Positions 56,914 to 64,000 of a stretch of DNA of 64,000 bases are shown here, piece by piece. Position 1 is the stretch's first letter. Every line of letters starts with the position of its first letter. The DNA comes from an uncultured Pseudobdellovibrionaceae bacterium (GTDB lineage: Bacteria; Bdellovibrionota; FAC87; UBA2466). Position numbers and translations under genes: made by a program. Location of the stretch: assembly GCA_964519985.1 (NCBI GenBank), contig CAZFMF010000011.1:6695-70694 (forward strand), given 5' to 3'. Under the pieces are notes generated by a model. It was not told the origin of the DNA and did not search any database. It saw only the letters and a program-made list of their open reading frames with translations.

Positions 56914-59852
56914 GCGGGCTTCTCCGATTCGAGCGCCGGGTTCGGATTCGTCACCTTGCCTAAATATGTGGTTCGCGGCTTGGTATTGAGCTCACCCAGA
57001 AGCGAGTAATTCTGCTCCGCCGCCTTTAGCTTCGAAACCAGACTGCCCGCATCGGAGATATCGCCGAACGTGATCGACTTGGTTGGGCAGGCCGCCTGGC
57101 ACGCCGTAACCACTTCCCCGTCCCGAATTTTGCGGTTCTCGTTCTTGGCGGTGATGCGCGCTTCGCTGATGCGCTGCACGCAGTACGTGCATTTTTCCAT
57201 CACCCCGCGACTGCGAACCGTCACATCGGGGTTTTGCACCATCTTCGTCGTGGGCGTGATGGTGTTGGTGTATTCGTAGAAATTGAAGTGCCGTACTTTG
57301 TACGGGCAGTTGTTGGAGCAGTACTTTGTGCCCACGCAACGGTTGTAGACCATGTTGTTCAGGCCTTCGTTGTCGTGAACGGTCGCGCCAACCGGACAAA
57401 CGATTTCGCACGGCGCCGTTTCGCAATGCACGCAAGCCACGGGCTGTTGCAGCGTCTTGGGATTTTCCGGATCACCCTCGTAGTAGCGGTCAATGCGCAA
57501 CCACTGCATTTCACGACCGCGCGACGCTTCGATTTTGCCCACCACCGGAATATTGTTCTCGGCCTGACAAGCGACGACGCACGCATTGCAACCATTGCAG
57601 GTCGTCAGATCGATCGCCATGCCCCACTGGTGATCCGCGGGTCCCACCGGCGCAATCGGTCCGCCGGCGGTGCCGACGTCCTTGCCTTCAAGGGCCTTGG
57701 GACCATGCATGTGAATCTGCGCCCAATGCGGGTGGTGTTTATGGGTTTCGAGGGTTGCCGTGCGCACAATCGCCCGGCCTTCCATCGAGCCGTGGTTCTG
57801 GGTGCAGGCAATCTTGTAATACCGATCCGTCTTTTGGACTTCCACGCCCTGGTAGTGCCAGGTGGAGCCGGAGAGCCGGAACGGGAACGCGTTAAAACCA
57901 ATTCCGGTCCCGAGTTTGCCGGCATGCGTTCGGCCGTAGCCAAAGTTCATCGTAACGGTGTTGTCGGCCTGACCAGGAGTGATCCATGTCGCCGCGTCGA
58001 CGGCCTTTTCACCCCAAACGATCCGGGCCATGTGCTCCGACTTCAGGCCCAAACGCCCCGCCGCCGCCGGCGCCACATACGCGGCGTTGTCCCAAACGAC
58101 TTTGGTCATCGGCTTGGGCAACTCCTGCAGCCAACCGTTATTGGCGAAGCGCCCATCAAAAATCGTCGGATCCGGACGGAAGATCACTTCAATGGCTTGC
58201 GCGCTGGCGGGGCGACCGACCTTGGCCCAATCGGATCCCTTCACGGCCACGCGTTTGTCCGCCGCGGCCGAACCGGCAATAAAGCCCTGATTCAACGCCT
58301 TCTTCCACCAGACTTCGAAATCCCCACTCGCCTTGCCCTTCCAGTAGGCCCGCACGATATCGTAGCCCGTGGAAGTCGTATCGCCCATCAGCGCCGCTAG
58401 GACTTCGTGGTGCGACTTGCCGTTGTAAAGCGGCGCAATCAGTGGCTGCACAATTCCGACCGTGCCATCGAACGCCTTCGCATCACTCCATTGCTCAAGG
58501 TAATGCGCTTCCGGAATATGGTAATTGCAACGGGAACCGGTTTCGTCGACATACAGGCCGCAGTGGATGCGGTTCTTCACCTTTTCCATCGCCGCTACGA
58601 ATTCGAGATCGGTGGGCGCGTTGTACGCGGGATTGCCGCCTAAGATAATGAGCGTGTCGACCTTGCCGGAACGCATGTCCAACGCGAGCGATTTGATCGA
58701 ATCGTTTTGAGCAACCGAATTCACCATCACCGGCGCGGTGTAGCGCACCGTCTTGCCCACATTGCCCAGCCGAGCATTGATCGCATGCGCCAACGCGTGC
58801 ACCAGCGGTGACTGCCAAAGCCCCGCCGCCACGACACCCGCTCCGCCGTTCGCCTTAAGATCGGCCGCCGCCGCTTTCACCCACGCCTGGTGCACCGGCG
58901 ACAGTTCCACTTTACCGGAAACGGAAACGCCGCATTCTTGCGCCAGTGCCGCCGCGATAAACTCGATATCGGACGCGCGCGCGACAATTTTATGATCCGC
59001 GCTGCCCCCGGTAACCGAGGGCGTCGGCTCTACCGCGTAAAGACGATTCATTTCTTTGCGGCCGCCGGTGAGTCGACGGGCGTTGGCAAAGTCATGGGCA
59101 TAGCGCGGGGTCGCCGGCTCGGTCATGAAATCACTATCGAGCGCCACGACCACCTTGGCTTTGTCGAAGGCGTAAATCGTCGCGACGTCTTCACCGAAGG
59201 CTAAGATCGCGCCTTGGCGTTCGGTATCCCGGTGCACAGGCTCAAACTGATGCCACTGCGCCGACGGATATTTTTTTAGGAAATCTTGGATCTGCGCGGC
59301 CAGCGTCGGCGAAATCACCGGCTGGGTGAGGATGCGCATCCCTTCGCCTTTTTTGGCGGCATGGCTTGCGGCAATATTGCTGAGGTTCGCGGCGTACCCG
59401 GCCCAAAAAGCCAAATTGCCCTGTGACGAAAGGCTCTGCGAGCGATCCGGATCATAGATATCGAGCACCGAGGCTTGCGCGTAGGCGTCGGTCGTTCCCA
59501 GACTCGCCGGGTGATCGGGATTGCCCTCAACCTTGGTCGGACGGCCCATATGGCTTTCCACCAAAAGGCCAATCGCGCGTCCGTTCAAAGCCATCGACGT
59601 GGCGAAAAACATCGGTTTACCCGGAATCATCTGCTCCGGGGACTTCACGTAGGGAACGATTTTTTGTTGGGGCATGCGCGTGCACGCCGAAGCGCCCAGC
59701 ACGGCCACCATTCCGCTCGTCCACTCCATGAACTCACGACGGCTCAAAAAATCATTGTTAAACGGGTTGAAACGCTCGGGCGCCTTGGGGCCCGAGGTCC
59801 GCTCTTCCAGACTGCGCCACTGTTTCTTGTCTTGCTCGCTCATCGATGACAC
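56910..59852 (-). CDS. actB: Alternative complex III subunit ActB (TAT-exported molybdopterin-oxidoreductase-like domain fused to a 4Fe-4S ferredoxin domain)
   Basis: TAT motif SRREFMEWTSGMVAVLGASA. Multiple CxxCxxCxxxCP ferredoxin clusters in the C-terminal third (CNGCNACVVAC, CVHCETAPCEIVCP, CSNNCPYKVRHF). 980 aa. Confidence 0.9.
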   Translation of the reverse strand: MSSMSEQDKKQWRSLEERTSGPKAPERFNPFNNDFLSRREFMEWTSGMVAVLGASACTRMPQQKIVPYVKSPEQMIPGKPMFFATSMALNGRAIGLLVESHMGRPTKVEGNPDHPASLGTTDAYAQASVLDIYDPDRSQSLSSQGNLAFWAGYAANLSNIAASHAAKKGEGMRILTQPVISPTLAAQIQDFLKKYPSAQWHQFEPVHRDTERQGAILAFGEDVATIYAFDKAKVVVALDSDFMTEPATPRYAHDFANARRLTGGRKEMNRLYAVEPTPSVTGGSADHKIVARASDIEFIAAALAQECGVSVSGKVELSPVHQAWVKAAAADLKANGGAGVVAAGLWQSPLVHALAHAINARLGNVGKTVRYTAPVMVNSVAQNDSIKSLALDMRSGKVDTLIILGGNPAYNAPTDLEFVAAMEKVKNRIHCGLYVDETGSRCNYHIPEAHYLEQWSDAKAFDGTVGIVQPLIAPLYNGKSHHEVLAALMGDTTSTGYDIVRAYWKGKASGDFEVWWKKALNQGFIAGSAAADKRVAVKGSDWAKVGRPASAQAIEVIFRPDPTIFDGRFANNGWLQELPKPMTKVVWDNAAYVAPAAAGRLGLKSEHMARIVWGEKAVDAATWITPGQADNTVTMNFGYGRTHAGKLGTGIGFNAFPFRLSGSTWHYQGVEVQKTDRYYKIACTQNHGSMEGRAIVRTATLETHKHHPHWAQIHMHGPKALEGKDVGTAGGPIAPVGPADHQWGMAIDLTTCNGCNACVVACQAENNIPVVGKIEASRGREMQWLRIDRYYEGDPENPKTLQQPVACVHCETAPCEIVCPVGATVHDNEGLNNMVYNRCVGTKYCSNNCPYKVRHFNFYEYTNTITPTTKMVQNPDVTVRSRGVMEKCTYCVQRISEARITAKNENRKIRDGEVVTACQAACPTKSITFGDISDAGSLVSKLKAAEQNYSLLGELNTKPRTTYLGKVTNPNPALESEKPA

Positions 59853-60508
59853 ACCGCGCAGTTAGTTAGCTGGAGAACCTGCATGGATTTCTTCTCCGGA
59901 ATTCCGTAATGCGCCAACTTGTTCGTTTTTTTCCACTCTTCATCCGGATGCCAATCCATGTCCGTGATGTTTTCTTGCGGACGCAAATTCGGTCCCGGAT
60001 TGCGATGGCACTCCAAGCACCATCCCATATAAAGCGTGTTTTCTTTGCGCATCAGCGGCATCTCGTCCACGCGGCCGTGGCAGGCCTGACAGGAGACGCC
60101 GTTGTTCACGTGCGCACTGTGATTGAAATAAGCAAATTCCGGAAGCATGTGAACCCGGTTCCACTCAAACGGCTTGCCGTCTTTGAAGGCATCGCGCACC
60201 GGCTTGAGCATTGATTGATCGCCCCAAACCATTTTGTGGCAGTTCATGCAGGTCGAAACCGGGGGGATGCCCGCCGTGTTCGAAACTTCCACGGAGGTGT
60301 GGCAGTAGCGGCAATCGATGCCGAGACCTTGCACGTGGTGTTGGTGACTGAAAGGCACATCCTGTTGGATGAAGTTATTTACCTGCGTCACATAGTAGGA
60401 ACTCTGAACGACATATAGAGTCGCTACGGCCGTACCGCCCAGTAGGAGCAAGACGGCGATGCTCAGTAGTGCCAGGGTGTTCGCGCTGCGACCAAAAAGC
60501 TGCGGCAT
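59840..60508 (-). CDS. actA: Alternative complex III subunit ActA (penta-haem cytochrome c, NrfB/NapC-like)
   Basis: Five CxxCH motifs (CRYCHT, CMNCHK, CQACHG, CLECHR, CAVCHR). N-terminal membrane anchor. Confidence 0.85.
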   Translation of the reverse strand: MPQLFGRSANTLALLSIAVLLLLGGTAVATLYVVQSSYYVTQVNNFIQQDVPFSHQHHVQGLGIDCRYCHTSVEVSNTAGIPPVSTCMNCHKMVWGDQSMLKPVRDAFKDGKPFEWNRVHMLPEFAYFNHSAHVNNGVSCQACHGRVDEMPLMRKENTLYMGWCLECHRNPGPNLRPQENITDMDWHPDEEWKKTNKLAHYGIPEKKSMQVLQLTNCAVCHR

Positions 60509-60591
60509 GAATTCGCTTTCGACTCTCGTTCGTCAAATCAAAGTTGAATGGTCAAATTTGTGCCTATTATTCGGGACGATAAGCCGATCCG

Positions 60592-61875
60592 TCAATTTGA
60601 AATATGCGGCAAAAACCAAAATGCCGTCATCGCAACGGCGGTGGGAATCAGTGCCCCTAATAAAAGTCCGAGTGGACTGACACCTTCTTTTCCGAACGAT
60701 CGCTGAAGAACCGAATAACCAGCGGGATTCGGAGCATTGGCGATCACCGTAAGCCCTCCGCCCACCACCGCGCCGGCGACGAGTGCATACTTCATTGAAT
60801 CAGACACGGTCTGAACTTGTGAACCCAAATACGTCAACGCCGCATTATCCGTTACCGCGGTGAGGGCCGTCGCTCCCAGATAAAGCGAGAGATCAGAAAA
60901 AGAAGTGAGCAGCGGCTCCAACCACCACTCCTGCGGACGACCGAGCACCACGAGCCCGCCGAGGAACGCTGCCACGAGCAAGCTCTCCTTCAGTTTCAAC
61001 GGGGATTGGTATTCACGGGTCACATCGGCGACCCCCAGGAAGAACAGAAAAATCCCGAAAAAAACGGGCAAATGGTGGGCGGATAGTACGACGCCAGCGA
61101 GCACCGCCATATGGACGAGACTCAACCATGCCGGGCCGACTTTCACTCGCAAAGGTGTCGTCTTTTTGGCTTTGGCCAACGCTTTTCCGCCCAATGCCAC
61201 CAAGAGCGCGGCGTTCGCAATCACCGCCACGACGGCTTTGTAGCCGAAGTGGGTCATCATAAAGTGCACATCCCAGTTCCACGTCTTTGCCACCATCAAA
61301 ACCGGGGGTGCCGCGTACGGGGTCAATACGCCGCCGATCGAGACATTCACGAACAAAACGCCCAACGCCAAATATTTCACGCGGCGTTCAATCGCGGGAT
61401 TATCGAAAAGCCGATCCTTGAGGATGAGCGCGGTGACCGTCATCGCCGCCGGCTCCGTAATCAGACTGCCGAGCAACGGGCCCACGACCAAGGCGGTAAA
61501 AAGAAAGGCCGATTCTCCGGGGAGCGGCAGTAGGCGGCCCATGACCGCGATCAATCCGTTGGCGGCCTCAATTACCGGGCGCGTAGCCGCGATCGCCATC
61601 ACCACGAAAACAAAAGCCGGTTCGGTGAAGTCCAACGTCTCAATGTAGATAACGGTTTCCTTCGCGCCCAGGAGCCAGAGCATCGCCACGAGCAATAGCC
61701 CCGCCCAGAACGCGAAAACAACTTCCACTTCCGCCAGCAGATGGAAAACGTTTTCGCCGACACTCCCCGATTTCAAGTTCTCGGCGATATGCGCGAAGCG
61801 CTTCACGCAGAATGTGTGGAGGACGGCTAGCGCAAAAAGGATGGTTGCCGCGAGTTCAATCGGAGTTGGATGCAT
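60592..61875 (-). CDS. Polytopic membrane permease (ion-transporter superfamily, ArsB/NhaD-like)
   Basis: 427 aa with about 11-12 hydrophobic helices and a duplicated internal architecture. No ATP-binding motif. Family assignment is tentative. Confidence 0.45.
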   Translation of the reverse strand: MHPTPIELAATILFALAVLHTFCVKRFAHIAENLKSGSVGENVFHLLAEVEVVFAFWAGLLLVAMLWLLGAKETVIYIETLDFTEPAFVFVVMAIAATRPVIEAANGLIAVMGRLLPLPGESAFLFTALVVGPLLGSLITEPAAMTVTALILKDRLFDNPAIERRVKYLALGVLFVNVSIGGVLTPYAAPPVLMVAKTWNWDVHFMMTHFGYKAVVAVIANAALLVALGGKALAKAKKTTPLRVKVGPAWLSLVHMAVLAGVVLSAHHLPVFFGIFLFFLGVADVTREYQSPLKLKESLLVAAFLGGLVVLGRPQEWWLEPLLTSFSDLSLYLGATALTAVTDNAALTYLGSQVQTVSDSMKYALVAGAVVGGGLTVIANAPNPAGYSVLQRSFGKEGVSPLGLLLGALIPTAVAMTAFWFLPHISN

Positions 61876-61894
61876 GGTTGAAGTCTCCCGCCGA

Positions 61895-63664
61895 CTATTC
61901 TCGTTGAGAATCGCCGGAGTTGGAACGAGGAAATCGGCAAAAGAACGTACTGCCCGCGCCCGGAGAACTTTCTACCCAAACCGCGCCTTCGTGGCGCTGC
62001 ATGATGTGTTTCACGATCGCCAGCCCCAGCCCGGTGCCGCCCTGTTCGCGGCTACGCGCTTTGTCGACGCGGTAAAACCGTTCAAAAAGTCGCGAATGGT
62101 GTTCGACCGGAATTCCCGGCCCCGAATCGCGCACGCGAAGCACGGTTGCACCGGCGTCGTTGGCCCACCCGATGCTCACCTTTCCGCCGGCCGGCGTGTA
62201 CTTGTTCGCATTCGAAAGCAAATTCACCAAAACCTGTTCGAGCCGAGGCATATCCGCTACGACGGTCTTTTCCTCGTAGCTGGTCTCAATCGTCTGCGCT
62301 TTGGTGTCGAAGGCGCCCTTTAACTGCTTCAAGATCCGCTGCGTGACTTCCTCGGTGCTGAGCGGGTCCTTCTGGATAATACTGTCCGACTCCAATGAGG
62401 AGAGATCCAAAAGGTCGTTCATCAAATTCATCAGCCGATCGCTGTTGCGAGCAATGCTATTGAGATGTTCCAGCCCTTCGACGTCTTTCTTTTTGAAATC
62501 TTCAATGAGCGTGTCCGCGTACCCTTTGATCACGGTGAGCGGCGTGCGCAACTCATGCGAAACGTTGGCCACAAAATCGATGCGCATTTGTTCAGCGGCT
62601 TTCAATTCCGTCACGTCGTGGAAAATTCCCAACGCGCCGTAGATCGCGCCGTCCTGCCGGCGTAGCGGAGAAACGGAAAGGGTGAAGTAACGGCGCGGTC
62701 CCTGCTTCTGGTCGAGCGGAATCGCCTTAGTCGCGCCGGTCCGCCCTTCCTTCAACGCGGCTTCGAAGGTGCTGAGAATGTCCGGATCCCGGAATATCCC
62801 CCAGAGTTTGATATTGCGCTTGCGCAAGCCCTCGTTGCCAAAAACCATTTCGAAGCGACTATTGAAGAAGAGCGGCCCGCCTTCGGGATCCACCGCCAAG
62901 ATCGCATCGGAAATGGATCCCATCAGTGTGTCCAGCTCGACCTGTTCCATCGAAAGGCTCTGGGTCTTGGCGGCGAGGTCGCGCTTCAGGCGATCGATAT
63001 TGGATTCCAGGTCCGCCCACTCATCGAAGACTTCCTGGGTCAGATCGTCTTTAGAGACGACTTCGGGTTGTTGCGAGACCAGTCGCTGGGTCTTGAGGAT
63101 CAGCCGTCCCAAGGGGAACACCAGCCGGCGCGCCAACCAGATGGCCAAAATGCCGAGGATGAGCGCCACGACGGCCAACGCGATCCCGAACGAGGTGTCA
63201 AAGACACGCAAGGTTTCTACAAGCGCGGTCAACGGGATGGCGGCACGCAGCACCGGGCCACCTTCCGAAACGCGCAAGGCGGCAAAGAGGCGATCCGGTT
63301 CGCGTTCGTAGACGACCCGCCCCGCCGCCGCCCCCAGAAACTCCCGGCGCTGGCTCAAATCGCCGCTCTGCCCATCGGAGTCGCAAGCGATCGCGCCATT
63401 TGGGTGGATCCAAGTAAAGCGCAGGCCCGTGGCTTTTGCGTACTCGCGGCACCATTCGGAGGGCGCGGTGGGCCCCAATTTTAAAGAAGCCGAAATGAGG
63501 ACATCGTGCAGTCGCTCTTCAATCTGCACCACAAACTGCCGCTTCAGCAGCTCCCGCGCCACCAACCCCGAACTCGCCAACGCCACCAGGATAAAAAACG
63601 ACTGAAAAATAGCGACGCGGTAAAAAATCCGCCAAGGAAAAAGCTTTGGAGCCGCACCCGCCAT
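61895..63664 (-). CDS. Membrane sensor histidine kinase (periplasmic sensor, HAMP, PAS, HisKA, HATPase_c)
   Basis: Two transmembrane helices flank a periplasmic domain. H-box VSHELRTPLTVI. N box LLSNANKYT. G boxes RDSGPGIP and GGTGLGLAIVKHI. Confidence 0.85.
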   Translation of the reverse strand: MAGAAPKLFPWRIFYRVAIFQSFFILVALASSGLVARELLKRQFVVQIEERLHDVLISASLKLGPTAPSEWCREYAKATGLRFTWIHPNGAIACDSDGQSGDLSQRREFLGAAAGRVVYEREPDRLFAALRVSEGGPVLRAAIPLTALVETLRVFDTSFGIALAVVALILGILAIWLARRLVFPLGRLILKTQRLVSQQPEVVSKDDLTQEVFDEWADLESNIDRLKRDLAAKTQSLSMEQVELDTLMGSISDAILAVDPEGGPLFFNSRFEMVFGNEGLRKRNIKLWGIFRDPDILSTFEAALKEGRTGATKAIPLDQKQGPRRYFTLSVSPLRRQDGAIYGALGIFHDVTELKAAEQMRIDFVANVSHELRTPLTVIKGYADTLIEDFKKKDVEGLEHLNSIARNSDRLMNLMNDLLDLSSLESDSIIQKDPLSTEEVTQRILKQLKGAFDTKAQTIETSYEEKTVVADMPRLEQVLVNLLSNANKYTPAGGKVSIGWANDAGATVLRVRDSGPGIPVEHHSRLFERFYRVDKARSREQGGTGLGLAIVKHIMQRHEGAVWVESSPGAGSTFFCRFPRSNSGDSQRE

Positions 63665-63687
63665 CCGCCCACGTTACCTCGGGTTTT

Positions 63688-63800
63688 CGGTCATTGCGAG
63701 GCCTTCCGTCATTGCGAGGGCGCAGCCCGAAGCAACCTCGCATCGCCGTCATTCCGAGCGCAGCGAAGGAATCTCGCATCGCGTAGCGATGCGACCCCCG
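63688..63800. repeat. MITE-like dispersed repeat, copy B (two CCGTCATTGCGAGG units, then GTCATTCCGAGCGCAGCGAAGGAATCTCGCATCGC core)
   Basis: Same core as copy A. The terminal GTCATTGCGAGG units are in inverted orientation relative to copy A, implying terminal inverted repeats in the full element. Confidence 0.75.
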
Positions 63801-64000
63801 CCGCCCCGCTCGCCCGGGCCGAGTCTGCCCGGTCGGCGGGTCGAGAGCGTTGAGAGATTTTCTACGGGGCGACTCATCCCCGCCGATCTCCCATTCGCGC
63901 CGCCAAGGGTGTTTTTGAAAAACTGGTCCTGGACCACTTTTCATGGTCGTGCTGCATTCGATGGTGTTCCGAACATAGGGTCGTTAGCTTATCTACCGCA

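Noticed and set aside
57234-58400. 388-aa plus-strand ORF inside actB
   Set aside because: Antisense to the molybdopterin/FeS subunit, which has unmistakable motifs. The composition is Arg/Ala/Gly-rich and spurious.
1-64000. CRISPR arrays or rRNA genes
   Set aside because: No regularly spaced direct repeats with unique spacers and no rRNA-like conserved stretches were seen. The repeats present are dispersed palindromes and MITE-like elements, not arrays.

Overview
This is a high-GC (~58-60%), gene-dense chromosomal window from a diderm (Gram-negative-type) bacterium. Many products carry signal peptides, TAT or lipobox motifs, or multiple haems. A deltaproteobacterial- or Bdellovibrio-like lineage is only a guess.

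Housekeeping and envelope genes from the left edge to about 17.9 kb:
- YchJ-family SEC-C protein (5' partial), ALDH-family aldehyde dehydrogenase, di-haem cytochrome c peroxidase, a beta-helix/cytochrome c protein.
- A GNAT acetyltransferase, a secreted phospholipase-D-like hydrolase, a metallophosphoesterase, two PAP2 phosphatases, a YheU-family protein.
- Several secreted hypothetical proteins.

Signalling genes:
- A 1665-aa Ser/Thr kinase fused to an AAA/STAND-type ATPase, TPR repeats, a GAF domain and a SpoIIE/PP2C phosphatase, at 18.0-23.0 kb.
- A 9-kb signalling cluster (31.3-40.2 kb). It opens with a 1174-aa hybrid histidine kinase carrying three receiver domains. CheR and a receiver-less CheB follow, then two REC-PAS-histidine kinases and a stand-alone receiver. 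No MCP, CheA or CheW is visible.

Mobile and defence content:
- A vapBC toxin-antitoxin pair.
- tRNA-Gly(CCC) with an adjacent truncated tyrosine-integrase fragment. To its right lies a small island remnant: DUF4431-like and unknown genes, an AbiEi/AbiEii type IV toxin-antitoxin (abortive infection) pair and a BrnA-like ribbon-helix-helix gene.

Right half:
- Family-1 ung, a Fur-family regulator, a rhodanese, and an hldD-like epimerase.
- A complete respiratory supercluster on the minus strand: alternative complex III actABCDEF, a small unknown membrane protein, SCO1, and a caa3-type oxidase (coxII-cyt c, coxI, coxIII, coxIV).
- A transporter and a sensor kinase.

Three families of dispersed intergenic repeats are visible:
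- A 16-bp perfect palindrome ACTCCGGCGCCGGAGT, five copies.
- A MITE-like element built from GTCATTGCGAGG and GTCATTCCGAGCGYAGCGAAGGAATC motifs, three copies.
- A GATATCGGATATCCGATATC hairpin, two copies.

No rRNA or CRISPR array was seen. Many track ORFs are antisense artefacts of high GC content. Coordinates of sequence-level motifs were hand-indexed and may be off by 1-2 nt.
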